Positions 35,454 to 47,484 are shown, counted from the stretch's first letter. The stretch: 64,000 nucleotides of DNA from Sporopachydermia quercuum (GCA_001599295.1 BCGN01000007.1:919791-983790); one strand, 5' to 3'. Translations and numbers: made by a program. Notes: generated by a model from the sequence alone, not told the origin.

Positions 35454-37147
35454 CTAGCATGTCTGTTGTTTGAGAGTCCCCATATCATGTACTCGTTTCG
35501 ACTGTGTTGCAACAATTAACTCTCCCAACTGTTCATCAATCGTTATATTCTCTTTGTTCGATCCAACAGATACTGTTCTCTTTGACAAATTGATAGATTT
35601 TTCATTTTCAGTACCAAGTTCGGTATCAATAATGTTCTTGATATCATTCTTAGTGTCTTCTTTGGTATCTTTCTCATTTGGCTTGGTATTCACATAAGCT
35701 TCATTATAATTTCCTGGAGACCGTTCCTCTAATCTCTTTGAACTTCCATTTCTCTCTACAACATCTTTTTCCCTACTACTATTTCCTTCTCTGAAATAAT
35801 ATTTTTCCTGCTTACTGTTCCTATTAGGCATCATCCATTGAGTATCCAGTATCTCATCTTCCCAATCGCAGTCTGCTTGTTGTTTAATTGCTGTAGAGCA
35901 TTTGGTAGTCAATCCAAGTATTCTAATCAAATCATCGTAAAGTTCATCATCAAGTCTATCATTCCTGTATAAATTAGTAACTGACGATAATTGATGTTCC
36001 AACATTGTCATATGTAAAACATCTATTGATTCAATTACTTTTTCCAGTAATGGTAAAGCTTTTGTAAAGGAGTCTCCTTCAGAGTCTAGTTCTAACACTT
36101 TGTCATGAAGCTGCTTGATTCTCTTCATATTGTTGACATAGTCCCAATTGTAATTGGACCTTGCGAAGTTAAATGTCTGGAATTTCCATGGGTTAGCAAT
36201 CAGGCCGTTAAAAGGCTATGAATGGTCTTTGTTAATACATAATAATTATCACTAAGCTGTAGCTTATAATACAACATATCTTGAAAAAGATATGAGACAA
36301 TGCCATACAGTTTATAGGGTTTTGGTATTCATACGTTCATCTCGTAACCAGAACTTCTATTGAAATTCTGATTAGCGTTCCGTGCTTTGTAAAACCTGCT
36401 TGTCAATGGTATATCAAGAGCATAGTTCATATGGGTATCTCTATTGCCGTCTTCATTTTGTTTCAACTTATACATATAATCATCATAATCATCATTATGA
36501 GAGAAATTGTTGATTTCATCAAGCCCTTGTATATCTTGGTCGGTTAATACTTTTGAAGCCTCATTGAATACTTGATTGTCTGAATCCACGTAGATATGAT
36601 CTGTGTTGAAATTGTGTCTCTGATTCCTACGCTCTTTGGTGGGACTTCCTTGACTGTTCAAACTGCTTCTTGGAGATCTAAAAGCATTGACAGCAGTAAA
36701 ACCTCTTCCAAGTTCTGTGCTCTCGGAAGTTGCTGCTTTGCTATTCCTTATATATGCACTGGTATAAGAGCCTTTGTTAGGGCTTCTAAGAGCACTTTCA
36801 TCAACATGGACATTTCCAGCGGTGCTGTCATTGGTATCAGTATTCTGGTAAAACAGTTCTGTTAAAGGGTTCGCTACATAGTTTTCTCTAGACGTTTTCT
36901 TACTCCCGTCGTCCCTGCTTGTTGTTAGATTAAGAGACTTGTAACCAGAAGTAAGGCTAGACAATTTAGGGCTTTGACTATCAGATCTCCCAGACGGTTT
37001 CACCCGCAAGGAGAATGAAGATTGCTTCTCCTTTGAGTTGGCTCTTTTCTTTGAAGAAACAGTATGTTGGGCATAATGGGGATCCTTTGAAGGAGTAAAA
37101 GGGTATTGAGAGTGTTTAGCGGTATTTGTATTGGTATGAGAAGACAT
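35454..37147 (-). CDS. Uncharacterised protein (~510 aa) joining two ORF-track entries; exons 37147-36335 and 36176-35454
   Basis: Donor GTATGA (36334), branch TGCTAAC, acceptor CAG (36177) join ...GYEMN to TFNFARSNYNWDYVNNMKRIK in phase 0; no family recognised. Confidence 0.7.
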
Positions 37148-37899
37148 TATGTTTTGGTTCAGATGGGTATTGCATGCTTTTAGTGCGACTGGCAGTGATC
37201 CACCTTCGTGAAGCGAAAGGGGTTAGAAGATTAGACACGACATCAACAACATTGAAGAACTGGAACCATCTGGTTGACAATAATAGGTATTGTTGTTGGG
37301 ATAAGGAAGAAAGAAGATAATAACAAAATCAATCAGAGAAAAAAGATAAGTTTTTGGTACAAAAGAACTGATTGTAAATAGTTTCCGATATATGACGAAC
37401 TAGAAATTCCGGAGACGATACAGAATGTCAGCAAAAATGTCACATTACTGAAGGAATGGGTGCTATTCTCCATAAGTAATAATAATTGTGAGTCAATGTT
37501 AATGAGTTCTATTGTATATTTAAGTTACATATTATTCAAATATTAGCTTACTACTGCTTGCCCTTTTTGATATTAGTAACTGTTATCTGCTCGATTGTCC
37601 TCCTCTCCAATGGCCGAAGCATGTATATACCATGCAACTTTCATGCATGTCAGGTCCAATTTTTACTAATCTCTATCTTCAGCTGACAATTGTCACCTCA
37701 AGACGTTGTCCTCTATACTAATGTAAAAAAAAATTGAAATTTTATCAAAAATAAATCTCAGCAACTCTTATTTGCTATCAATAGAAGCAATGTTTCTTTT
37801 TTACTCTATCGGCTTCATTATCAACTTTTGATACTAATCAAAGTCTACATTATCCGCTATCTATCTCATACGGTAGGAAGCTTTAAGTAAAGTCTGTTG

Positions 37900-39930
37900 A
37901 TGCTTAAGCTGTATAGTAATAATAAGATANGGTCGTCAATAGTGAAAACTATTCATCAACATACCGTTAATAGTAATAAGCCTATTCAACCTATCTTCAG
38001 AAACTTTTCCACTACTTTTGTCAGCAAAGCGTATAAAACTCAACGAGAGAAATTAACAGGACCGTCAAAACATATAATCATGGCATCTGTCGAAGAACTG
38101 AACCAAAAGCTGAAAGCTTTGAACATCAAAAAGGATTTACCTTTATTCGAAGGAGCTAATCCCGCAATGAACCCTGTTGATATTTTCCGTTGCTATATCA
38201 CAGAAGAACTTGCCAGAGTTTCAGGAGTTTCTACTGATTTGATTTATCCTGCTTTGGAATGGACTAATACTCCTGAACGTGGTGATTTGGTGATCCCAGT
38301 CCCAAGACTCCGTGTTAAGGGTGAAAAGCCAGATGTCTTAGCAGCCAAATGGGCAGAAGAATTAGACAAAGGTGAATACTTAGATAAAGTTGAAGCCAAA
38401 GGAGCTTTTATTCAATTTTTCTTCTCTCCAAAGTTGTTATTCCGTCTAATCGTTAAGGACGTTTTGACTAGAAAGGAAAAGTATGGCTCATCAAACATTG
38501 GTGGGGGAAAGAAAGTAATTGTTGAATTCAGTTCACCTAACATTGCCAAGCCTTTTCACGCTGGTCATTTGAGAAGTACAATAATTGGTGGTTTCATCTC
38601 CAGTTTGTATGAGAATCTTGGTTGGGAAGTGGTCAGGATGAATTATTTGGGTGATTGGGGTAAGCAATTTGGTTTATTGGCTGTTGCATTTGACCGATAC
38701 GGTAAGGAAGAAGAGTTAAAATCAAACCCTATCAGGCACTTGTTCGATATTTACGTTAAAATCAATGTTGATGTTACCAATGAGAAAGAAGCTGCTGCTG
38801 CTAAAGGTGAAGATTATGATACTATTCCTGATACTACCAATGCTAAGGCTAGAGCTTATTTCAAACGAATGGAAGATGGGGATGAAAAAGCCTTGGAATT
38901 GTGGAAAAAATTCAGAGAGTTATCTATTGAAAAGTATAAGGAAACTTACGGTAGATTGAACATCAACTATGATGTTTACTCTGGTGAATCACAAGTTTCT
39001 CCTGAGACAATGAAAAAAGCGACTGAGATTTTCCATGAGAAAGGTCTCGTTCACGAAGATAGAGGAGCTTTATTGATTGATTTAACCAAATACAACAAAA
39101 AGTTGGGTAAAACTCTCGTTCAGAAAAGTGATGGAACTTCACTGTATCTTACACGTGACGTAGGTGCTGCTATGGACAGATATGAGAAATATAAGTTTGA
39201 TAAGATGATTTATGTCATTGCTGCTCAACAAGATTTACATACTGCTCAATTTTTCAAGATTTTAGACCTCATGGGATTTGAATGGGCAAAGAATTTGGTT
39301 CATGTTAACTTTGGTATGGTTCTTGGTATGTCGACAAGAAAAGGAACTGTTGTTTTCTTGGATGACATTTTGAACTCTACCAGAGATGAAATGCATGAAG
39401 TTATGAAGAAGAATGAGAATAAATATGCACAAATTGAGAAGCCTGATGAAGTTGCAGATTTGGTTGGAATTTCAGCAGTGATGATTCAAGATATGCAAGC
39501 CAAGAGAGTCAATAATTATCAATTCAACTGGAGCAGAATGACTTCATTTGAAGGTGACACAGGCCCTTATCTTCAATACGCTCATAGTAGATTAAGATCA
39601 GTTGAAAGAAATGCAACTGGCATTTCTGAGGAGGATCTTCTTGATGCTGATTTGTCTTTGTTGACAGAACCTGCTGCAGTCAACTTAATCAGAGTGCTGG
39701 CTCAGTATCCTGATGCTTTGCTCACTGCTTACAAGAATAACGAGCCTTCAGCAATTGTTACATATTTGTTCAAGCTTACGCACATTGTTTCGTCATGTTA
39801 CGACATTTTATGGGTTGCTGGTCAAACTGAGGAATTGGCTACTGCTAGATTGGCCCTTTACTCCTCCGCTAGACAGGTCCTGTATAATGGTATGATATTA
39901 CTTGGGTTAACTCCTGTTGATAGAATGTGA
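37900..39930 (+). CDS. RRS1: Arginyl-tRNA synthetase; ATG 37900 (long form with presequence) and ATG 38080 (short form)
   Basis: VEFSSPNIAKPFHAGHLRSTIIG (HIGH), NYLGDWGKQFG, GMSTRKG, FEGDTGPYLQYAHSRL, LGLTPVDRM. Confidence 0.96.
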   Translation: MLKLYSNNKIXSSIVKTIHQHTVNSNKPIQPIFRNFSTTFVSKAYKTQREKLTGPSKHIIMASVEELNQKLKALNIKKDLPLFEGANPAMNPVDIFRCYITEELARVSGVSTDLIYPALEWTNTPERGDLVIPVPRLRVKGEKPDVLAAKWAEELDKGEYLDKVEAKGAFIQFFFSPKLLFRLIVKDVLTRKEKYGSSNIGGGKKVIVEFSSPNIAKPFHAGHLRSTIIGGFISSLYENLGWEVVRMNYLGDWGKQFGLLAVAFDRYGKEEELKSNPIRHLFDIYVKINVDVTNEKEAAAAKGEDYDTIPDTTNAKARAYFKRMEDGDEKALELWKKFRELSIEKYKETYGRLNINYDVYSGESQVSPETMKKATEIFHEKGLVHEDRGALLIDLTKYNKKLGKTLVQKSDGTSLYLTRDVGAAMDRYEKYKFDKMIYVIAAQQDLHTAQFFKILDLMGFEWAKNLVHVNFGMVLGMSTRKGTVVFLDDILNSTRDEMHEVMKKNENKYAQIEKPDEVADLVGISAVMIQDMQAKRVNNYQFNWSRMTSFEGDTGPYLQYAHSRLRSVERNATGISEEDLLDADLSLLTEPAAVNLIRVLAQYPDALLTAYKNNEPSAIVTYLFKLTHIVSSCYDILWVAGQTEELATARLALYSSARQVLYNGMILLGLTPVDRM

Positions 39931-40952
39931 ATTGATGGTTGATGATAACGTCAGGTAAGCTATTATGACATTTTCGTTCTACAAATGTTTGTTTATTGTC
40001 AACTTTATTTTTCTGTTAGAATATAGTGAATAAAAAATGGATTTACATAAGGAGATTGATGGTAGAGATGAAGAAAATTAGTACGAGCATTATTGGTTGT
40101 TTGGCTAGAAGTCACTCCTTTACAGATGTCACCATAACAGAGATTATCGACGTAGTTCTTCACTCAGAAATTGATTACAACGGGAGTAATCATGAACAAT
40201 CCGTTATATTCCTTACATTGTTCCAACCAAGTGTTTTACGTTCGTTCAAACTAAATAATAAAAAGTATCGTACTATTCAAGTTTTTATAAATGATTCATA
40301 TTTTTCATTTTCATATGTCCTCAGTTTCTATGAGACATAAGTTTGTCACGTAATGTANTGCGTAAGTTTTCTTAGTTGAAACAAATGGCAATGAAATAAC
40401 TGGAAAATGATTTACGATTATTAGTTAAACAGGCTTATTCTCTCCATCTAGAAGATTTGCCGAAGGAAATGATTTGAAACAATCAATAATATAGACTACA
40501 GTGACAATAGTGGTCTTTCTTTTCGTTTATTCTTCTTCGTGTCCCTGTTGTTTACATCCACTCATGAGGGTCTAAAGTCCCTAGTCATGTAACAAGTCAC
40601 GTTATTTGCACGTAGTGAGATCCATTGTCATTTTTTATGTTAACCAAAAATTTTCAGTTATTACGAGCAGAATAACTTGCCCTTAATTTTATTAGTTGTT
40701 ATTATTTATACATTTGACAGAGGAAGGAAAACTAATTGGATTTTCATCAAAATTATCGGATGTATTTATAGGGCTGTTGTTTGTTTTCTCAATATTTTTC
40801 TCTTCAGGTGTTAGAGCACTCAAACAAAATCCGTAGTAACAACATCATTTCATCTTTGCTCAAAATAGTTCAATTATCGGCATTATTTTATCATCTACTT
40901 GTCGAAGGCCATCGATCAATCAAATATTGAGCATATCGGGAATACAAACATC

Positions 40953-41686
40953 ATGGGAAAAGCTAAGAAGACAAGAAAGTTTGCTCAAGTCAAAAGAGTT
41001 ATAAGTAAAAATGACGCTAGACTGTATGTACATTAGATTACTTCAAACTATGAGCATAAACGCCAATAGATTGTTAAGATTAGAACTAACATATTCGATA
41101 GGAAGGCCAACCAAGATAAGGCAAAAGAAACAAAAGAAAAATCAGATCCTGAATTGGTGCGACATATGTAAGTGTAATCAGTGTTAAAGGTTGATGGTCC
41201 CATTCAATAAGACGATCAAGCAGAATATTAATACTAACACCTTGCAGACCTCAAGTTGATTCAGCATTATTCTTTCAATTCAACGAAGCCATCAAACCTC
41301 CTTATCAAGTATTGGTAGATACAAATTTCATAAATTTCAGTATTCAGAAAAAGATAGAACTTGTGAAAGGTATGATGGATGCATTATATGCTAAATGTAT
41401 TCCAATGATAACCGATTGCGTTATGGCCGAGTTGGAAAAGCTGGGTCCTAAATATAGAATTGCTTTGAAGCTGGCAAAAGATCCGAGAATAAAACGTCTG
41501 ACATGCACACACAAGGGAACATATGCCGATGATTGCTTAGTTCATAGGGTGATGACCCACAAGTGTTATATTGTTGCAACTAACGATGCTGATCTAAAAA
41601 GAAGAATACGGAAGGTTCCAGGTGTGCCTATTATGAGTGTTGGAGGCCATTCTTATGTTATAGAGCGTCTCCCGGATTTTTTCTAG
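40953..41686 (+). CDS. FCF1: PIN-domain rRNA processing nuclease Fcf1/Utp24; exons 40953-41023, 41102-41167, 41248-41686
   Basis: [66 protein letters not shown]; two canonical phase-2 introns. Confidence 0.95.
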
Positions 41687-41993
41687 TTGCATTTTCTTTC
41701 TTTGCATTGTATTCTATTGATTTGTTAGTTAGGGCTAGTATGATAATTTTGGGTATAGGTCTTCAATATAAGCTTTATTGCTAATTAAAACTACATATCA
41801 GGGTTTTACTAGATGTAGGACGAATCTATAACTGTTTTTTTACCTTCCCTCTACAGTTTTTATCTCCCGATATCGTAAAACACTTTTCAATGAATGAAAG
41901 ATGAATAATAGCATTAAGTATCATAATCATGCATATATATGCATAGCGCTGCAAAGGTTGTAACAACCAGGTATGCATTACTTATTACTAAAC

Positions 41994-42013
41994 CACGTGA
42001 CGTTTCACGTGAC
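41994..42013. promoter_or_regulatory. Tandem pair of Cbf1/bHLH E-box sites (CACGTGAC x2)
   Basis: CACGTGAC at 41994-42001 and TCACGTGAC at 42005-42013. Confidence 0.45.
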
Positions 42014-42237
42014 ACTTTGGCATTTTACATTTATCTATATTTCTATTTGTACNTTTTACATATATATACTATTTACTTCGCTGATTATTTACTCTCATTC
42101 TTCTCTTTCTAATTAATAAGAAGAAGAAGGAGAAGAAGGAAAGAGAGTAAGAATTCTAATATAATTCTTCATTTTTTCTTAAAATTCATATCATTTTACT
42201 GAATGATATATGATCAGACAATAAAAAAGGTATGGAA

Positions 42238-42325
42238 TCGGCAATAGTTTAGTGGCTAGAATTTCCGCCTGTCAGAACATTCGTTCAGCGCGCGGGGGAC
42301 CGGGGTTCAATTCCCCGTTGCCGAG
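42238..42325 (+). tRNA. tRNA-Asp(GTC) with a 16-nt intron (42275-42290)
   Basis: Acceptor stem TCGGCAA/TTGCCGA, A-box TAGTTTAGTGG, anticodon arm TCCGC-CT-GTC-A[intron]C-GCGGG, T-arm CGGGG-TTCAATT-CCCCG, followed by a T-run Pol III terminator. Confidence 0.95.
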
Positions 42326-42911
42326 TGTTTTTTGTTATTTATATGTTATTTTTTTTTTTTTAATTTTTTTTTTAATTTTTTTTGATTATTTATTCTTTTG
42401 TTTAGAAATTTTCGATAATTGATTATTCACTATAATTTGCAAAGAGATTTCTACTGAACAATTTCTACTGCTGATATTGGGGATTCGAGGTATTTTGTGC
42501 TCCTCCATGTAATATTCTGGCAACGGGAAGAAATCTGTCGCCGTATATAGTTCAACCGTAAGCTCATTAGAACGTAAGCAGTTCGTTCAGAAGTTGTATG
42601 TGTGTTAAACATAGCATTATATTGAAGGCATGGTGTGAAAGACGGTCGGGAACTCCGTAAAAAAAAGACTGTGTATCTAATCTAATCTAATCTACAGTAA
42701 TGCAACTAGTATCTTTAATTGTACATTTGAATTTTTAAGATCATCATGTTCATTCAACTCAACTAGTAATGCATATACAAAATCAATGAAAGAGAAGTTA
42801 TGTAAAATTAGGTTCTATTTGTTCAGTTATAATCCAATCAATATACATCAATAACTAAAACGGCCCGACAACGTCTACCCCCTTTTACCGATTTTCCAAT
42901 TGACAAAAAGT

Positions 42912-43811
42912 TTAGTAGAATGTAGAAGGTCTCTTGGCAGAGAAAACAGTCTTGCTCTTTTGAATTCTGTGAGGGAGAGGGAATTTCAAACCAGGAGCCA
43001 ACAATTGCTTGACGTATTGTCTCTTGACATCGTCGGTCTTTTCCAATTCAACAACGTTTAAGATGTGGATAGATCTAAATCTAGCTCTGTGACGGGCAGC
43101 TAAATCTTGGTACATTTGTTCAACGGCACCAACACGAGTAACATCTCTGTACTCCTTGTACATGTTGTGAGTACCGGATCTGGAATCGTAACGGATCCAG
43201 AGACCGAAGTTCTTAACCTTGGTTGGTCGGGCTTCGCTAATAACATTGACAGCAACAATTTCACCGGAGGCTCTCTTGACCTTGCTGATCTTTTGAAGGA
43301 AGTACCAGAATCTGGACTTAGCAACAACAGTGTTGGGAGCAAAAATTCTCATTCTGTAGAGCTTAGGTTCGGGAACGGTCTCGGTAGGGAGACGACGTCC
43401 GATAACTTGATATTCATTAAGACGAGACACTGGAATTATGTTAGCACTAGTTCTCATTGAAATAATATATAATTTATGACATAAAAGAGTGAAATATTGC
43501 CAATGTGATAGAATTGATAGTTGTTTACTTTTTAATTTGATAGTTTTTCAATATTCTGATAATTCTCTGCCTAGCTTATTATTCATTTACTTCCAACTGT
43601 ATTTGATATTTGGGAGGCTGAAATTTTCAAATCGTTTGAGTTTTAGTCGCAATATTGGTTGAACCCCTTTAGATCCCTCAATTGGCAGTGGTGCAACTGT
43701 TTGTTTATCTTGATTAACCGACTCCTCCTACTCGAATATTCAAACGCTTATCATCAGACACACGGCATAAAATTTCAACCCCAGTCCTTCTTCGCTGGCT
43801 AGTCACTTACT
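42912..43811 (-). CDS. RPL20: 60S ribosomal protein eL20; coding exon 1 is the single A at 43811, exon 2 is 43429-42912
   Basis: [15 protein letters not shown]...[16 protein letters not shown]...KRPSTFY; intron GTAAGT(43810)...TGCTAAC...CAG(43430) gives A|TG TCT CGT. Confidence 0.95.
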
Positions 43812-44100
43812 TTTTGCTATTCTTTTCTTGGTTGTGTTAATGATACTGATTATGTCAAGATACAAAAACCTGTTCCAATAGACCAATTTGATGTCAAAGT
43901 GTAACACTTCAAAGAATAAGTCACAGCACTATATTTCACACTATCAACAGTAGGTGAGTGCTTCTCAGTTTGGTATTCTCTCCTGGTTCTGGCTCCAAAG
44001 TGTGAGTGTGCTTGGAGTTGTGCGTTCCTATGGCAAGTCTAATTTTTGAAAAGTTATTGAAAAGTAGTACCTCAAAATGGTAAATTATGTTCCTGTTTTA

Positions 44101-44201
44101 GCACGTGAGAAGGGTTAAACACATCACATGATTTGTTGCCCTAATAAAATNGTGGACACAACGCAAATATGAAGTCTCCTTCTGAAAATTGGGATCACGT
44201 G
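44101..44201. promoter_or_regulatory. Candidate RPL20 upstream elements: Cbf1 E-boxes, Tbf1-like site, RRPE-like motif
   Basis: CACGTGA 44102-44108, TCACGTG 44195-44201, GCCCTAA (TTAGGGC on minus) 44138-44144, TGAAAATT 44183-44190. Confidence 0.45.
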
Positions 44202-44811
44202 GTTTCAACCATATCGTTTTTAAAGCTTCCTATATTTTTTATTTGGGGGAATAGATAAGAATGAGCATTAATGCTAGTCTGAAATGCTAATTGGTACAAT
44301 GTAAAACTTCCAACTATCTCGGTTTTAAGGTACGTAAATTGCTGGTTTTCCTCTACTTCTTAAAGAGCCAAGAAATACCAAAAGAAGATTCCACAGAGAA
44401 CTGGCGAATTCCTGAAAAGTAATTTGAAAGAATAATCAGCAGAATGATGCAAAATTGGTTCTTCTGATTCTTTCTTTGGAATAGTTAATGTATATTTCTT
44501 GCATATTGCTCTTTCATATGGTAAATCCGATAGTATACGAATAAAAGGTACAGCAGGTCAGCTTTTAAGTGAGAAGGCCGCTCACAACTGATCAGGAGAA
44601 TCAAATGATATCTAAGAAAGTGTATGACTAAAGTTTGATCTTTCCTAGTCTGAAATTCTGTGAATATTTTCAATGCTTAAAGCTTGAAAGACCAATTTGA
44701 TCCGAGAAGAGTATTTTGAATAGAATGATTTCATTATAATTACAAAAAGTTAAAGTCTTCAAGAGATTACACTGAAGCTTTGAATCTTGCTTGATTGTTC
44801 ATTTTCTAGTA

Positions 44812-45777
44812 TTAGTTGGTAATAGTATTATCACCACCACTTGCTTCTATTTCCTCGGATATTGAGTCTGATGTTTGTTCAACGGGCTCAGTGACCAGTG
44901 TTTGAGTTCCAATGGCCCCAGAAATTACTTGATTAGCTGTTTGAACAGCCTCTTGACCCAATTTAGCACTTGTTGCTAAAGCTGCAATCGCGGGATTGGG
45001 ATGCTTCTCTCGTTCTTCAGCAAATCTCTGTTGAATTTCAGTGACTGTGTTGATAGGAGCAGATCTTATTGTAGAAACTTGTCTTGCAGCAAAAGGTCTC
45101 AATCTTCTTCTTGCAATTGCAACTAACCTCCAAGTTCGGCTGAATTCGTTGGAAAAATTATCAGTCGTCAACTGGGGTCCTTCAGGAAGATAAGAGTCCA
45201 AAAAACTCTGTAGTCGAGCATTAACTGGTCTAAAGAATGGATCGAATCTACTGCGGACAAGAGCTTTACCTTCATTATTGTAAACGGTTGAATATCCACT
45301 TCGTACTCTTGAAGCTACACTTTTTGCTGGAGAGATTATCCTTTTTTCGACAATACCTTGAACCCTTGAATTGGATTCACTGATTGTGTCTCTGACAGTT
45401 TCGATACCATCTTGAGGGTCTAATTGTTGTAGTGAGGGGAAAGATTTGTCGAGGGCGTTGAGAGCATTATCTCCAAAAGNATCTAGTCGTTTGAGAGCTG
45501 GTGTTGCTCTTTGTGCAATAGGTTCGCGATAGCGGCCTGATCGTTCACGTAGGTACATTAGTAATGGCACAGCATTTGAAGCCAACATTTGAATAACAGG
45601 AAATGATGCTCCAAGACCTACCAAAGCAGTTACAGCGGGATAAGTGGACAAATGGGCAATGAACAAAGAGGCTTTCATTCTTTCGCTCTGTGACGCAACT
45701 TGTGTTTCTTCACCGACGGGGGCAGCTTCAGGAGCCTCTGGTTCTGTCGCTTCAGGAGCTGTACTAACGTTTTCCAT
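44812..45777 (-). CDS. Fungal perilipin-like lipid-droplet protein (Pln1/Pet10, Sps4, Cap20 family)
   Basis: FIAHLSTYPAV N-terminal motif and LKRLDxFGDNALNALDKSFPSL resemble the fungal PAT-like domain; amphipathic helical composition. Confidence 0.65.
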   Translation of the reverse strand: MENVSTAPEATEPEAPEAAPVGEETQVASQSERMKASLFIAHLSTYPAVTALVGLGASFPVIQMLASNAVPLLMYLRERSGRYREPIAQRATPALKRLDXFGDNALNALDKSFPSLQQLDPQDGIETVRDTISESNSRVQGIVEKRIISPAKSVASRVRSGYSTVYNNEGKALVRSRFDPFFRPVNARLQSFLDSYLPEGPQLTTDNFSNEFSRTWRLVAIARRRLRPFAARQVSTIRSAPINTVTEIQQRFAEEREKHPNPAIAALATSAKLGQEAVQTANQVISGAIGTQTLVTEPVEQTSDSISEEIEASGGDNTITN

Positions 45778-47484
45778 TATGAAAAGCTTTGGTGCTCAGT
45801 TAGTGTCATATGCGAAGTGCATTACGAGAAACATCTATGTGTTCAAACGTTTGTTAACATTCTCATTCAAAAGTATTCATACCAAGTATTTTTGTATACC
45901 TTTTTGAATGCAAAAATTACTACAATATTTTATTGTTTATTAGTTTTATTGAAGCGGTCGTTATGATGCAAGTTCTAGCTATTATCAATTACTATTATTG
46001 ACAGATCATTCGATGATGTAGAGGGAGAGGAAGAAACAAATCCGAAAGAAAGGTGATATAACTTTGTATTTAAAGGAAAGCGGTTGTTGGGATCAATATT
46101 CAACCTCAAAAGCACCTTTTGTGATCGATACAATGGGAGCGTTACATAGAGTGAATCATGTCACTGAAAACTATTGNCAGATTCACATTACTGATTTTCA
46201 TTATCAGGTATCACAACAACCGAATCATATACGGAATCCTTGTTTTTCTTTTATACATCACGAATCTTCAAAAGGAGACTGCTTTGTATTACATTCTCTT
46301 TCAGAATGTTTTCTTAGACACAGCAGTATCTGTTACTCAGCTCATCATAACAAACAATGGGTGGCTAATTTTTCATCGTTTTGTTAGTAGAGACAATCAC
46401 ATGCCAGTGGTCGTTTTGTGTTAATTTAATAAAATAAAGAGCTAATTTTGTTACCGATAGGATTCATAACAAAGACGAGAAACCATTATTGTAGCATGCT
46501 AATTAATGCTCATATATAACAGAGTAATTATCTACTACTCGCAATTATTACATTTCAATTCTTTTAACCAATCTAGAGGCTCTTCATCAAACTGGCTATC
46601 CCGTATATTCTCATATGAATCATGAATTCCTAATTCAAAATTAAACCCTAAAATTAACATGCAGGTACAATGCATAAATTAGTGACACTTTTGACCATGG
46701 TTCTGGAAGCTTACTTCAGGTGATAGATACTTCCTAATTTAGCTCTGAGGAAGACCAAATTGCCCGTTCAGGAAGCATATAAATACCCTATTCAGGGAAT
46801 AATTTCATAGAGCTAGTCGATACGAAGAAAAATCAACGATAATAATACCTTAGTTGCTTCAATCATCGATCGAAGGAAAAATAGAGAAAATATTGAAGAA
46901 GATTTAAATACTAAAAATAGTAAACCTGTATTTAACAAGTCTTTGCTATATCGCTCTGTTTAACTTGCCTGATTTATTATCCTTTTGATGGTGATGGTGT
47001 GTTGCTACTGTATGATAAGGAAGATAGAAAGTGAACTATCAATGACCCTATTATTGTTCAGGTAAGACGACACCTATTATAAAAGAACCATTACCAANGG
47101 GCTATGTCTCTGCTTAGTTAAAGAATCAAGAATTTTGCAGTTTTAAAATCGCGGTTTCTCACACAACTGAATTTCACTTCTAAATGAGAGATTGTTGCGC
47201 TGTTCAACTAACTGGAGTTTCCAATAGCCTATATTCTAGACAAAGTGTTTAGAATCATTGTGCTGGACATTACTGATTCCCACACCTTTTCAGCTTGCTA
47301 TAGACAGTTTTATCACGAACGATAATAAATTGAATTAGCAAATTGACAGTCCATTGATCCAAGCGCTCTTCATAGGGTGAATATTTGCTACGAACTTGCT
47401 TGTCTCAACCAGCACAACGACTGCATTAATATAATAGAAAAAACAAAACTGGAAAACACGTATTTAGAACGGGACTCCCCAATC

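Noticed and set aside
41312..41686. Alternative yeast genetic code (CUG-Ser or CUG-Ala)
   Set aside because: CTG occurs at conserved Leu positions in FCF1 (EKLGPK, LKLAKD, KRLTC) and GEP4 (RLLFNP), so the standard code applies
41994..42130. Point centromere (CDEI plus AT-rich CDEII)
   Set aside because: CDEI-like E-boxes and an AT tract are present but there is no CDEIII (TTCCGAA) at the expected distance; point centromeres are limited to Saccharomycetaceae
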